In this document: one piece after another, positions 1 to 10,198 of the stretch
How positions within the stretch are numbered: position 1 is the first letter of the stretch
Layout of the letters: the number at the start of each line of letters is the position of its first letter
Assembly: GCA_002327905.1 (NCBI GenBank)
Contig: DCUY01000067.1
Span: 10,764 to 74,763, forward strand
Length of the DNA stretch: 64,000 nt
Direction of reading: 5' to 3'
Source: a candidate division WOR-3 bacterium UBA2202
GTDB lineage: Bacteria > Hydrothermota > 32-111
Position numbers and translations under genes: made by a program
Notes under the pieces: generated by a model
Told to the model about the DNA's origin: nothing
Database searches by the model: none
Seen by the model: the letters and a program-made list of their open reading frames with translations, nothing else

Positions 1-19
1 TAACAAGTATCAAGGAGGA

Positions 20-229
20 ATGATGAAAGAGGATAAACTTGAAGACAAGATAAAGGAGATTGAAAATATTGTGAAGGAACTTAAAAGCGAGAATACGGAT
101 ATAGGAAAATCAATAGAGATGTATGAGAGAGGCATTAAGCTCATCAAAGAGGCTGAGGCTATAATCTCGACTTATGAAGAGAGAATAAAAAATATTCTTG
201 AGGAGAAAAATGATACAAAAGAATCTTGA
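20..229 (+). CDS. xseB: Exodeoxyribonuclease VII small subunit
   Basis: 69 aa acidic coiled-coil protein with an XseB-like core (IEMYERGIKLIKEAE). AGGAGG RBS at 13-19. Lies immediately upstream of ispA-dxs, as in the classical xseB-ispA-dxs operon. Confidence 0.7.
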   Translation: MMKEDKLEDKIKEIENIVKELKSENTDIGKSIEMYERGIKLIKEAEAIISTYEERIKNILEEKNDTKES

Positions 230-1106
230 TTTTGTTTTATCCGAAAAGAAGAAAAAAATAGACAAAGCTCTGACAAGAGTGCTAACAAAGAAAAAAGGAT
301 TCAACAAACCTCTTTATGATGCAATGCTGTACTCTGTTTCAGCTGGGGGAAAACGGTTAAGACCTGCCATTATGCTTCTTGTGGGAGGCGACCTATTTAA
401 TATGGACAAACATGAGGGTCTTATGCAGACTGCCTGTTCCATTGAGATGATTCACACATACTCTCTTATACACGACGACCTTCCCTCAATGGATGATGAC
501 GATTTCAGAAGAGGGCTTCCCACTCTTCATAAAAAGTATGATGAATCAGTGGCTATCCTTGCCGGAGACGCTCTTTTTTCTCTTGCGATAGAGACATTTG
601 CTAAAGCTGAAGGATTCAAGGATAAAGACAAGTTAAAAGGACTCTCTTTTTTGCTTGAGAACGTAGGAACGGAAGGAATGGTTGCAGGACAGTATGTCGA
701 TACTAAAATTGATAATTACAAGAGAAATTCTCTTGTTCTGAAATATATACATTTAAAAAAGACTGCGGCAATGATATCAGCATCATTTGCGCTTCCGGCT
801 CTTTTAAGCGGAGCAAAGAATGCCTGTTTTGAGAGGCTTGCAAAGCTGGGAACATCAGCGGGTTTATTGTTTCAGATTGCGGATGACATAATAGATGTAA
901 CACAGTCTTCTGAAGTTCTCGGAAAAACCGCAGGCAAAGACTTGAAGCAGAACAAGCTCACATTTGTATCTCTCTACGGACTCGAGAAGGCAAAACGGAT
1001 GGCAGTCAAAGAGGCGCAGACTGCTCGCAGACTGTCGGATGAAATAAATTTCAATACCCCATATATACCTGAACTAATTGAATATTTCCACAAAAGGATT
1101 AAATAA
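210..1106 (+). CDS. ispA: Polyprenyl diphosphate synthase (FPP/GGPP synthase family)
   Basis: Two Asp-rich motifs, LIHDDLPSMDDDDFRRG (first DDxxD) and FQIADDIID (second). Start moved from 198 to the ATG at 210, which follows a GAGGAG RBS. Conserved synteny with dxs. Confidence 0.85.
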   Translation: MIQKNLDFVLSEKKKKIDKALTRVLTKKKGFNKPLYDAMLYSVSAGGKRLRPAIMLLVGGDLFNMDKHEGLMQTACSIEMIHTYSLIHDDLPSMDDDDFRRGLPTLHKKYDESVAILAGDALFSLAIETFAKAEGFKDKDKLKGLSFLLENVGTEGMVAGQYVDTKIDNYKRNSLVLKYIHLKKTAAMISASFALPALLSGAKNACFERLAKLGTSAGLLFQIADDIIDVTQSSEVLGKTAGKDLKQNKLTFVSLYGLEKAKRMAVKEAQTARRLSDEINFNTPYIPELIEYFHKRIK

Positions 1107-1531
1107 TGGAGACAGTTAAAATTCTCGCACTGACAATGTTGAGCGGAACAATAGCTCAATCGATCAAGGTCTTTACATACTTTCTTCAGCATAAAAAATT
1201 CAATCTGAAAAGATTTTTTGAAACCGGGGGAATGCCGAGCTCGCACGCTTCTACAGCGGCGACTCTCACATTCTCTCTTGGCTTCTGGACAGGATTCAAT
1301 TCACCCATTTTCGCCTGCGCCGCATTCTTCGCCTTTGTCATAATGTATGATGCCGCAGGATTGAGAAGGGCCGCAGGAAAACAGGCCGCAGTTATAAACA
1401 AAATGATTGAAGAATTCAAGAATACTCACCAGTTTAAAGAGGAGAGGCTAATGGAGCTTCTCGGACACACTCCGCTTGAAGTATTCTTAGGCGCTCTGCT
1501 TGGCATTGTAATATCAGTTCTCTTTAAGTGA
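1106..1531 (+). CDS. Divergent PAP2 family membrane protein (DUF212-like acid phosphatase/haloperoxidase-related)
   Basis: 141 aa, hydrophobic. Motifs PSSHAS and YDAAGLRRAAGKQA are typical of the divergent PAP2 family. TAATG stop/start overlap with ispA. Confidence 0.6.
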   Translation: METVKILALTMLSGTIAQSIKVFTYFLQHKKFNLKRFFETGGMPSSHASTAATLTFSLGFWTGFNSPIFACAAFFAFVIMYDAAGLRRAAGKQAAVINKMIEEFKNTHQFKEERLMELLGHTPLEVFLGALLGIVISVLFK

Positions 1532-1537
1532 GGAAGA

Positions 1538-3418
1538 ATGGATAAAATTCTCGACAGAGTCAATTTCCCGAAAGATATAAAAGAACTCTCTATAAATCAA
1601 TTATATCAGCTTGCAAGCGAGATAAGGTATTTCATTATTGAGAACACCTCCAAGACTGGAGGCCATGTTGCGCCCTCTCTCGGTGCTGTGGAGCTGATTC
1701 TTGCAATGCATTATGTCTTTGATGCGCCGCGCGACAAAATGATATTCGATGTCGGTCATCAATCATACGCGCATAAAATAATCACAGGAAGAAAAGAGAG
1801 ATTCGGAACTCTCCGCACATTCAACGGAATAAGCGGATTCAACAATATTTTCGAAAGCGAATATGATGTTCTGACTGTAGGCCATGCGGGAACATCTCTC
1901 TCTGCGGCATTGGGAATAGCAGTTGCAAGGGATTTGAATAAAGATGATTTTCAGATTATATCTGTTATAGGAGACGGCTCTATGACAAACGGACTTGTTT
2001 ATGAAGCCCTTAACAATTTAGCGCATTACAGAAGCAAAATGATAATAATACTCAATGACAATAATATGTCCATCTCCGAAAATGTGGGTGGAATATCCCA
2101 GTATCTGAATAAACTTCAAACTGGTCCTGTTTACACAACAATAAAGAAGGACATGTGGGAGCTCATGGGAAGACTTCCGGACAAGATGGGGCATAAGACA
2201 AGAGACCTTGCCAGAAGAGTCAAAGAGTCCCTTAAGAATTTCTTCATTCCGACAATATTCTTTGAAGAGTTCGGACTTCGGTATCTGGGTCCGCTCAACG
2301 GACATAATCTGGAGGAATTGATTTCCACTTTGAAATACGCCAAGAATTATGACGGACCGATTCTCATACACGCAATCACGCAGAAAGGAAGAGGATATAT
2401 ACATGCGGAGAATGACCCGACGAAATTTCACGGACTCGGGAAATTCAATAAAGAGACAGGAAAGACCGAAGTATCGGAAAATGCAAAAGTGAAATATACA
2501 GATGTCTTCGGAAAGACGCTTGTAGAGCTTGCGAAGGAGAATGATAAAGTAGTGGCAATAACTGCGGCAATGCCCGATGGAACAGGATTGTCATACTTCA
2601 GAGATGAAATAAACGAAAGATTCTTCGATGTGGGAATTGCAGAGAGCCATGCTGTTGTGTTTGCGGCGGGTTTGTCCCTAACAGGAAAGAAACCTGTCTG
2701 CGCAATCTACTCGACATTCCTTCAGAGGTCGTATGACCAGTTGATTCACGATGCTTCGCTTATGAAAAGAAATATATTCTTTGTCCTCGACAGAGCAGGC
2801 ATAGTGGGCGATGACGGACCCACGCACCACGGGCTATTCGATATTTCATATCTTAGAACCGTGCCTGATATGGTGATAATGTCGCCGAAGGATGAGGACG
2901 AACTCAGAAGCATGATAAAACTCGGACTTGATTACAATGACGGACCAATAGCTTTGAGATATCCGAGAGGAGAAGGTTTGGGAATAGATATTTCAGGAAA
3001 AATAAAGGATATAAAACTCGGTGAGTCTGAAATTCTGATACGCGGAGAGAGGCTAATAATCTCTGCAATAGGCAATATGGTTTATCCTGCAATGAAGGCG
3101 GCTGAGATAATCAAAGAGAAATTCGGATTTATTCCGTCTGTTATTAATGCACGATTTGTCAAACCTTTGGATATTGATACTGTCATCTCTCTTGAAAATA
3201 ATCATACTGATATTTTGACTGTTGAGGAGAATATCCTGTCTGGAGGATACGGCGAGTATCTCTCAAGACTTCTTACGGAAAGGGGCTCAAAACTCAATGT
3301 CAGCAGTCTGGGAGTGGATGATGTGTTTGTTGAAGCCGGAAGTCAAAGTCTGTTGAGAGAGAGAATCGGATTGGACGCAAATGGTATAGCCAAAAGAGCA
3401 GGAGAATTGTTGAAATGA
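1538..3418 (+). CDS. dxs: 1-deoxy-D-xylulose-5-phosphate synthase
   Basis: 626 aa. N-terminal GGHVAPSLGAVELILAMHYVFDAPRDKMIFDVGHQSYAHKI is a TPP-binding Dxs signature, and the transketolase-like C-terminal domains are present. Confidence 0.95.
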   Translation: MDKILDRVNFPKDIKELSINQLYQLASEIRYFIIENTSKTGGHVAPSLGAVELILAMHYVFDAPRDKMIFDVGHQSYAHKIITGRKERFGTLRTFNGISGFNNIFESEYDVLTVGHAGTSLSAALGIAVARDLNKDDFQIISVIGDGSMTNGLVYEALNNLAHYRSKMIIILNDNNMSISENVGGISQYLNKLQTGPVYTTIKKDMWELMGRLPDKMGHKTRDLARRVKESLKNFFIPTIFFEEFGLRYLGPLNGHNLEELISTLKYAKNYDGPILIHAITQKGRGYIHAENDPTKFHGLGKFNKETGKTEVSENAKVKYTDVFGKTLVELAKENDKVVAITAAMPDGTGLSYFRDEINERFFDVGIAESHAVVFAAGLSLTGKKPVCAIYSTFLQRSYDQLIHDASLMKRNIFFVLDRAGIVGDDGPTHHGLFDISYLRTVPDMVIMSPKDEDELRSMIKLGLDYNDGPIALRYPRGEGLGIDISGKIKDIKLGESEILIRGERLIISAIGNMVYPAMKAAEIIKEKFGFIPSVINARFVKPLDIDTVISLENNHTDILTVEENILSGGYGEYLSRLLTERGSKLNVSSLGVDDVFVEAGSQSLLRERIGLDANGIAKRAGELLK

Positions 3419-6400
3419 ACATTTTATCAAAATTGTTTCCATCGTACAATCAGAGAAAAGTAAATGACCTGAAGAAGATAGTTGTTGAAATCAACAGCAA
3501 ATATGAAGATCTTCTTTCAAAGCAGGATGTCAATCCTTCGGCGATGACTTTGGAATTTAAGGAGAGACTGAAAAACGGAGAGACTCCTGATGACATAATA
3601 ATGGATGCTTTCGCTTTGGTTAAGTTTGTAATGAAGAGACTGAGCGATGAAAAATATGAATATGAAGAATCTGATATGAAATTCCGCTGGGAGATGGTAC
3701 CCTATGATGTTCAGATAGCCGGTTCATTGTCTCTTCACTACGGCAATATTGTGGAAATGGCAACAGGAGAGGGAAAGACCCTTGTGGCAGTCATGCCTCT
3801 TTATCTGAATTCACTTACAGGAGACGGCTCCTGCCTCGTAACAGTCAATGATTATCTTGCGCGCAGAGACAGGGCGTGGATGAAGCCTGTTTATGACAAA
3901 CTCGGAGTGACTGTCGGCATAATTCAAATGGGAATGGACCCTCCTGAAAGAAGATTTAATTACAACTGCGATATAACCTATGTGACAAACAATGAGTTCG
4001 GATTTGATTATTTGAGAGACAATATGGCTTATCAGAAATCCGAAAAAGTCCACAGGGATATGTTCAATTTTGCGATAATCGACGAAGTTGACTCTGTGCT
4101 TATAGATGAGGCGCGCACTCCTCTTATCATTTCAGGAATGCCTCTTGGAGGTTCGGATGAAAAACGCACTGAAATGCAGTATAAGTCGCTCTCTTCATCT
4201 GTCAATCAATTTGTCAGGAGCCAAAAAGAGATAATCAAGAATATTTATGATAAATCAAAGAGACTGTATGATGAAGGCAAATATGACGAAGCTGTTGTGG
4301 GATTTCTTACTGTCAAGCGCGGATTTCCGAAAATGAAAGAGATTGTCGCCACAATGCAGAATGCTGAGATTCTCTCCAAAATGGAGAGAATGGAGAATGT
4401 GCTTATCAGGGATAAGATGATACACACTCTTGATGCGGAGCTTTTGTATTCAATTGAGGAGAAGAGTAGCGCAGTTACTATAACGGACAAGGGAGAGGAT
4501 TACTTTGAAAAAGTGCATTCCGATGAAAACTTTTTCTCCACTCCGGAGCTTTCAATAGAGTTTAAAAAAATTGAAGATGAGACAGAGGATATTGAGGAGA
4601 GAGCCAAGAGAAAAGCTGAAATCATGCAGAATTACGCTGAAAGGTCAGAGTATATTCATGCTCTGCATCAGCTTTTGAAAGCGCACACTCTCTTTGAGAG
4701 AGATGTCGAATACATAGTTCAGAGCGGAAAGATAGTGATAGTCGACGAACATACAGGAAGATTGATGCCTAGCAGGAGATTCTCCGAAGGGCTTCACTCT
4801 GCAATAGAGGCAAAGGAGAATGTGTCTATACAGGAAGAGACAAAGACTCTTGCCACCATAACTCTTCAGAATCTTTTCAGAATGTTTTCCAAATTGTCAG
4901 GCATGACAGGAACTGCCGAAACAGAGGCGTCAGAATTCATGCATATATACAAACTGCCTGTCACTGTCATACCGACAAACAGACCTGTCATAAGAAATGA
5001 TTCCAATGACCTTCTGTTCATAAGGAAGGAAGAAAAGATAAAACACATAGTTGAAAAAATAGTAAAACTTCATAATGCGGGAGTGCCGCTTCTTGTGGGA
5101 ACAGCATCGGTTCAGTCAAGCGAATACCTTGATTCCACTTTGAAATTAAAAAAGGACATGGCTGGAAAACCGATAAAATACAACATACTCAATGCGAGGC
5201 ATCATGAGCAGGAGGCGAGGATAATCTCCGAAGCAGGAATGCAGGGGGCTATTACGATTGCCACAAACATGGCGGGAAGAGGAACGGACATTAAGCTCGG
5301 AAGCACCATAGAGATGCTTCCTGAAAGAAGCGCTCTTATACAGTCGCTTCATGTGAAGAATAATTTGAAAAAGAAAGCCGCTGTTATTTTGGAAGATAAA
5401 AAGAGCATGGAATTCATAACATACCTTTTAGAGAATGATTCATACCTGAAAGAGAAGTCAATCTATTTCAAAACAGGCTTGGAGGGCGGAGATGATTTGA
5501 TTTCTATTGCAGACGGTTATAGAGTGGGAGAGTTCTCGGATTGTTTTAAAATCACTATTCCCTCCCCTGCAAAAAAGAATCAAAGAAATGTGTGCATATC
5601 ATTTACGGAGACCGGAGACTGCTCTGAGTATGTTCCTGCGGGGCTCTTCGTATTGGGAACGGAAAAGCACGAATCCCGTCGGATTGACAGACAGCTCAGA
5701 GGAAGAAGCGGAAGACAGGGAGACCCCGGGGCATCCCTCTTCACAGTCTCTCTGGAAGATGATTTGATGAGAATATTCGGAAATGAAAAGATGAGTGATA
5801 TGATACGTCGTCTTGAATCTCTATCTTCGAAAGAGACTTCAATTTCACACAGACTTTTAACAACTTCGATTGAGAGCGCCCAGAAAAGAATTGAAAATCT
5901 GAATTTTGAAAGAAGAAAATACCTTCTTGAATACGATGATGTCATCAATAAGCAGAGAGAAATTGTCTATCAATTAAGAAATTTCTTTCTTGAGAGAAAG
6001 CCGCCATTGGAATTTATTGACAGAGGAACCTTCAGCCAAAATACCGCCGCTCTGAAAGAGAGGCTTCTTGAGGCGATAAAGACAGATGGAGATGCGGGCG
6101 TAAAGAGAGAACTTGAAAAGTTCTCCTCCTTTATGAATTCAGGAGAGATAGATATTTCTGGAGAGGAGGCTTCACGCACGGATTTTGAAGAGATTTTACA
6201 TAAAAGAATATCGGAAAAGTTCTCTTCAAATATGCAGGAAGTGAAGGATTACATACTTGAGAATATCCCGCCTATCGCTTCGGCTTTCATTGATTCGGAG
6301 ATTTTGGACAATACCCCTTTTGAAGAATGGGAATTTGACAGAATCAATGAATGGTTTTTGAATTATTTCAAAATCACTTTCAAAAGGACTGAGAATGAGA

Positions 6401-6900
6401 TAACAAAGAGAGAGTTTTCGGCTTTGGCTGAAAAGAGAGTTGAAGAGATGTTTACTGACAAGATGTCCCTCTTCACAAACAAAGATCTCCTTCTTTTCAA
6501 CATATGCAATATGTTCATTCTCTCCATAGACAAGCTGTGGATAGAGCAATTGTACGAACTTGATGCGATAAAGGAGGGAATTTCTCTCAGAGGATATGCG
6601 CAGAGAGACCCTCTTGTAGAATTCAAAAAAGAGGCATATCAGTTGTTTAATATACTTATGGACAGCATGTATAAAGATTTCTGCGAGAAGTTTTTCTCGG
6701 CAGTTCAGAATGCAAAAGTACAGCAGGATAAGCCCCGCAGAATTGATACTGTAAAAAGAGAGATATCGGCAAATTCGAGTGAAGATGAGGAAACAAAAAA
6801 GAAACCTGTTGTAAGAGAGGATAAAAAAATCGGAAGAAATGATCCGTGTTGGTGCGGAAGCGGAAAAAAATACAAGAACTGCCACGGCAGAAATGTATGA
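3415..6900 (+). CDS. secA: Preprotein translocase ATPase SecA (long form with insertions)
   Basis: Walker A MATGEGKT, VNDYLARRD, DEVDSVLIDEARTPLIISG, GRGTDIKLG and ESRRIDRQLRGRSGRQGDPG motifs. C-terminal zinc-binding tail CWCGSGKKYKNCHG. 1161 aa, with an enlarged preprotein-binding domain and an insertion in NBD2. Confidence 0.95.
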   Translation: MNILSKLFPSYNQRKVNDLKKIVVEINSKYEDLLSKQDVNPSAMTLEFKERLKNGETPDDIIMDAFALVKFVMKRLSDEKYEYEESDMKFRWEMVPYDVQIAGSLSLHYGNIVEMATGEGKTLVAVMPLYLNSLTGDGSCLVTVNDYLARRDRAWMKPVYDKLGVTVGIIQMGMDPPERRFNYNCDITYVTNNEFGFDYLRDNMAYQKSEKVHRDMFNFAIIDEVDSVLIDEARTPLIISGMPLGGSDEKRTEMQYKSLSSSVNQFVRSQKEIIKNIYDKSKRLYDEGKYDEAVVGFLTVKRGFPKMKEIVATMQNAEILSKMERMENVLIRDKMIHTLDAELLYSIEEKSSAVTITDKGEDYFEKVHSDENFFSTPELSIEFKKIEDETEDIEERAKRKAEIMQNYAERSEYIHALHQLLKAHTLFERDVEYIVQSGKIVIVDEHTGRLMPSRRFSEGLHSAIEAKENVSIQEETKTLATITLQNLFRMFSKLSGMTGTAETEASEFMHIYKLPVTVIPTNRPVIRNDSNDLLFIRKEEKIKHIVEKIVKLHNAGVPLLVGTASVQSSEYLDSTLKLKKDMAGKPIKYNILNARHHEQEARIISEAGMQGAITIATNMAGRGTDIKLGSTIEMLPERSALIQSLHVKNNLKKKAAVILEDKKSMEFITYLLENDSYLKEKSIYFKTGLEGGDDLISIADGYRVGEFSDCFKITIPSPAKKNQRNVCISFTETGDCSEYVPAGLFVLGTEKHESRRIDRQLRGRSGRQGDPGASLFTVSLEDDLMRIFGNEKMSDMIRRLESLSSKETSISHRLLTTSIESAQKRIENLNFERRKYLLEYDDVINKQREIVYQLRNFFLERKPPLEFIDRGTFSQNTAALKERLLEAIKTDGDAGVKRELEKFSSFMNSGEIDISGEEASRTDFEEILHKRISEKFSSNMQEVKDYILENIPPIASAFIDSEILDNTPFEEWEFDRINEWFLNYFKITFKRTENEITKREFSALAEKRVEEMFTDKMSLFTNKDLLLFNICNMFILSIDKLWIEQLYELDAIKEGISLRGYAQRDPLVEFKKEAYQLFNILMDSMYKDFCEKFFSAVQNAKVQQDKPRRIDTVKREISANSSEDEETKKKPVVREDKKIGRNDPCWCGSGKKYKNCHGRNV

Positions 6901-8864
6901 AAGATAAGAATGAAATAAAGAACAGAATTGATGAATTAAGAAGACTGATTGCCAAATATGATTACAATTACTATGTTCTTGACTCTCCGCTTGTTGAGGA
7001 CTATGAATATGACAATTTGTACAAAGAGTTGAAGATCCTTGAAGATGTGAACCCTGAGTTTGACTCGCAGGATTCCCCCACAAAAAGAGTCTCTGAGCAA
7101 AACATAGGCGGTTTTGAAAAATTCACCCACTCGCCGAGAATGTACTCACTTGACAATACATACAATGATAATGAACTTGAATCTTTCCACAAAAGAATAA
7201 CGAACGAACTGCATACCGGTTTTTCGTATTCCATAGAACCGAAGATAGACGGAGCGGCAATATCCATTATATACAGAGATTCTCTTTTTTTCAGGGCATT
7301 GACGAGAGGAGACGGAGAGACAGGCGACAATGCCACGGAGAATATCAGAACAATCAGAGACCTTCCATTGATGCTTAAGAAAAAAATCACAGGCGATATT
7401 ACAGTCAGAGGAGAGGTGTTCTTCACTAAGAAGAGATTTGAAAAATTATCGGAGACATACCCTTTTTCCAATGCGAGAAATGCCGCTTCAGGCACTCTCA
7501 AACTCTTAAATCCGAAAGAGGCATCCGTAAGAAGACTCTCCGTGCTGATTCACACTGTAGTCACGCCGATTGCTGAGACCCACATTGAAACTCTCGCGGC
7601 TCTTGAAGAGCTCGGACTGCCTGTAGTGAAGGTTCTTGCAGAAGCAAAGAATTTTTCTGAATTAATAAAAGCAAAAGACGATTTCGAGAAGAGCCGTTTT
7701 TCACTTCCCTATGAAACGGACGGAATAGTCGTGAAAGTGAATCAGCTTGAAAAGAGAGAGCAGATAGGATTCACAAACAAATCTCCAAAGTGGGCATTTG
7801 CATTCAAATACGCTCCAAAGAGAGCTGTAACTAAACTTGAATCAGTCTCCTTTCAGGTGGGCAGAACAGGAGTGATTACTCCAGTGGCGAATCTCTATCC
7901 GGTGGAAATCTCAGGCACAATTGTCAAAAGAGCCACTCTTCACAATTTTGAAGAGATTGACAGGCTCGGGCTCAAGATTTCAGACACTGTTGAAATAGAG
8001 AAGAGCGGAGAGATAATCCCCAAAGTGATAAAGGTTTTAAGGGAAAACAGAACAGGAACAGAGGAAGATATAAAGAGGCCTGTTCACTGCCCCTCATGCA
8101 ATGAAATGCTTGTAAAGTACGAAGATGAAGTCGCCATCAGATGCATAAATAAAAACTGCCCCGAACAGATAGAATTGTCGCTTATTCATTTTGCCTCCAA
8201 AGGCGCCATGAATATTGAAAATATGGGGCCTTCAATCATCAGCAGGCTTATAGAAAAAGGCCTTGTAAAATCCATATCCGATATATTCAATCTTAAAAAG
8301 GATGATTTGCTCACAATAGACAGAATAAAATCAAAGAGCGCCGAGAATCTCATCAATGCAATTAAAATCTCAAAGAGGCAGTCTCTTTCAAGATTTATAT
8401 ACTCACTTGGAATAAGGAATATCGGAGAATACGCTTCAATGCAACTTGCAGAGAAATATCATAATATCGATAATTTTATGAATGCTGAATATGATGATCT
8501 TATAACTGTCAAAAATATCGGAGACGAATCCGCCAAGGCAATAATACTATTCTTCTCAAATGAGAGCAATGTGCATGAGGTGCGCAAAATAATCAATTCA
8601 GGCTTGGTTTTTAATTCAAATAAGATTTCAAATTCCCTCAGCGGGGCATCTTTTGTGATAACAGGAACTCTGAAGGGATTTACCAGAGATGAAGCGCGCG
8701 AGTTTATTATTTCAAACGGAGGCACAGTTCAGAATGAAGTTTCCAAAAATACAATGTATCTTCTTGTAGGAGAGAAACCGGGGTCCAAAAAGGCAAAAGC
8801 CGAAAAACTTTCAGTAAAAATAATAAATGAAGATGAACTCAAGGAGATGGCAGGTACAAAATGA
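6897..8864 (+). CDS. ligA: NAD-dependent DNA ligase
   Basis: KIDG adenylation motif (EPKIDGAAISIIY), a Zn-finger Cys cluster (CPSCNEMLV...CINKNCPEQ), HhH repeats and a C-terminal BRCT (FVITGTL). Start reassigned to the ATG at 6897, which overlaps the secA stop as ATGA. The ORF-track start at 6846 is in frame but lies inside secA. Confidence 0.9.
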   Translation: MKDKNEIKNRIDELRRLIAKYDYNYYVLDSPLVEDYEYDNLYKELKILEDVNPEFDSQDSPTKRVSEQNIGGFEKFTHSPRMYSLDNTYNDNELESFHKRITNELHTGFSYSIEPKIDGAAISIIYRDSLFFRALTRGDGETGDNATENIRTIRDLPLMLKKKITGDITVRGEVFFTKKRFEKLSETYPFSNARNAASGTLKLLNPKEASVRRLSVLIHTVVTPIAETHIETLAALEELGLPVVKVLAEAKNFSELIKAKDDFEKSRFSLPYETDGIVVKVNQLEKREQIGFTNKSPKWAFAFKYAPKRAVTKLESVSFQVGRTGVITPVANLYPVEISGTIVKRATLHNFEEIDRLGLKISDTVEIEKSGEIIPKVIKVLRENRTGTEEDIKRPVHCPSCNEMLVKYEDEVAIRCINKNCPEQIELSLIHFASKGAMNIENMGPSIISRLIEKGLVKSISDIFNLKKDDLLTIDRIKSKSAENLINAIKISKRQSLSRFIYSLGIRNIGEYASMQLAEKYHNIDNFMNAEYDDLITVKNIGDESAKAIILFFSNESNVHEVRKIINSGLVFNSNKISNSLSGASFVITGTLKGFTRDEAREFIISNGGTVQNEVSKNTMYLLVGEKPGSKKAKAEKLSVKIINEDELKEMAGTK

Positions 8865-10198
8865 AAATTATTCTTTCAGGATACAATGTCGACAGAGACG
8901 CCTTAAAAGAAAGTTCTGCAACTCCGGAGACTATTTCAGCCGCATACGCAAGAATATCAAGGTCTGAAAAGACAATTCCAGAGCTTAGGCGCGAGGCGAG
9001 AGCGGATGTGGCAAAGGCAAGAGCGTCAAATGAAAAGATTGTCTTCGGTCTGGGCCATTCTTCAATAGCTGAACATGCCGTATTTAATTTTGACCTTATG
9101 GGAATTTCAAGAATTGCCATTGAATACATTCAAAGCCACAGAATCGCTTCTTATACTGAAAAATCACAGCGCTATGTCTCTCTGGCGAGCGGATACCATA
9201 TTCCCGAAGAGCTTGAATCGAACGGAAAACTGCAGAATGAATACAGAAAATTCTGCGATATGTGTTTTGACTCGTATTTCAAAGCACAGAAGGTTCTGTC
9301 TGAAAAGGATCTCAGCCGCACAAAGACCAATGAGGATGCGCGATATATGCTTCCACTCGCAACATACACTCAATGCGGACTCACAATAAACGGCAGATCT
9401 CTTGAATATCTTATATCGAACTTAAGGTCGCAAAACTCCGCAGAGCTTGAGAATATAGGGAAAATGATGTTATCTGAAATAGAGGGAATAGCTCCTTCAA
9501 TTATAAAATACACTTCCGGGCGTAATATATTCAAGAAAGAATCTGCTGTAATAAAGTATTCGTTTCCTAATGACAATCTTCAGATAATTTCATTCGATAA
9601 GAATCAGGAATCTTCAGTTATTTCAGCTCTGAAATTCAGAAAGCACGGAACTAAATTCAATGCAAGATTTAAGGCTGGAGATGAAGAAAAGGAAGAATTG
9701 AAGAGACTTCTGTTCTCTCTTAATGAGTTTGACAGAGTGCCCAGAGAATTTGAATTTCCAGAAATCACATTCATAGTATACTGCTCTGCCTCGTGTTTCG
9801 CTCAGCTGAAAAGGCACAGAATGTCAACTGTAATCCCGCAGTCATACTCTTACAGGGAGAAGCCTTTTATTCCCCACTCTTTCAGGAATACGCCTCTTGA
9901 AGAAATGCTTATAAATCTTCATAAAAAATCCGTATCATTAAGCCGTAAAATGGAGAGCATAAATCCTGACATTCTGCAGTACACGGCATTGAATGCATCA
10001 AAGAGGGCTGTTCTGGTGAAGATGAACTGCCGCGAACTATATCACTTTGTGAGATTAAGATCGGATAAACATGCTCAACTTGAAATTCGAGAAATATCCG
10101 ATAAACTTGCCTTTGAAGCAAACAGAATTTCTCCTGTTTTGTATTCCTACCTCTCGGGAAAAGACGAATTTAAAATATTAAAAGAGAAATCCGTCTAA
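8861..10198 (+). CDS. thyX: Flavin-dependent thymidylate synthase, tandem-domain form
   Basis: 445 aa. ThyX RHR-x7-S signature in the C-terminal half (LKRHRMSTVIPQS), and a second, degenerate copy in the N-terminal half (QSHRIASYTEKSQRY). ATGA overlap with ligA. Confidence 0.8.
   Translation: MKIILSGYNVDRDALKESSATPETISAAYARISRSEKTIPELRREARADVAKARASNEKIVFGLGHSSIAEHAVFNFDLMGISRIAIEYIQSHRIASYTEKSQRYVSLASGYHIPEELESNGKLQNEYRKFCDMCFDSYFKAQKVLSEKDLSRTKTNEDARYMLPLATYTQCGLTINGRSLEYLISNLRSQNSAELENIGKMMLSEIEGIAPSIIKYTSGRNIFKKESAVIKYSFPNDNLQIISFDKNQESSVISALKFRKHGTKFNARFKAGDEEKEELKRLLFSLNEFDRVPREFEFPEITFIVYCSASCFAQLKRHRMSTVIPQSYSYREKPFIPHSFRNTPLEEMLINLHKKSVSLSRKMESINPDILQYTALNASKRAVLVKMNCRELYHFVRLRSDKHAQLEIREISDKLAFEANRISPVLYSYLSGKDEFKILKEKSV

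Noticed and set aside
110-307. Many 60-170 aa ORFs in the six-frame track lying antisense to, or nested within, large conserved genes (for example 110-307, 2018-2431, 6226-7083, 24799-25083, 26718-27224, 45944-46381)
   Set aside because: They overlap well-supported genes on the opposite strand or in other frames. They have biased low-complexity composition and no recognisable motifs, so they are almost certainly spurious.
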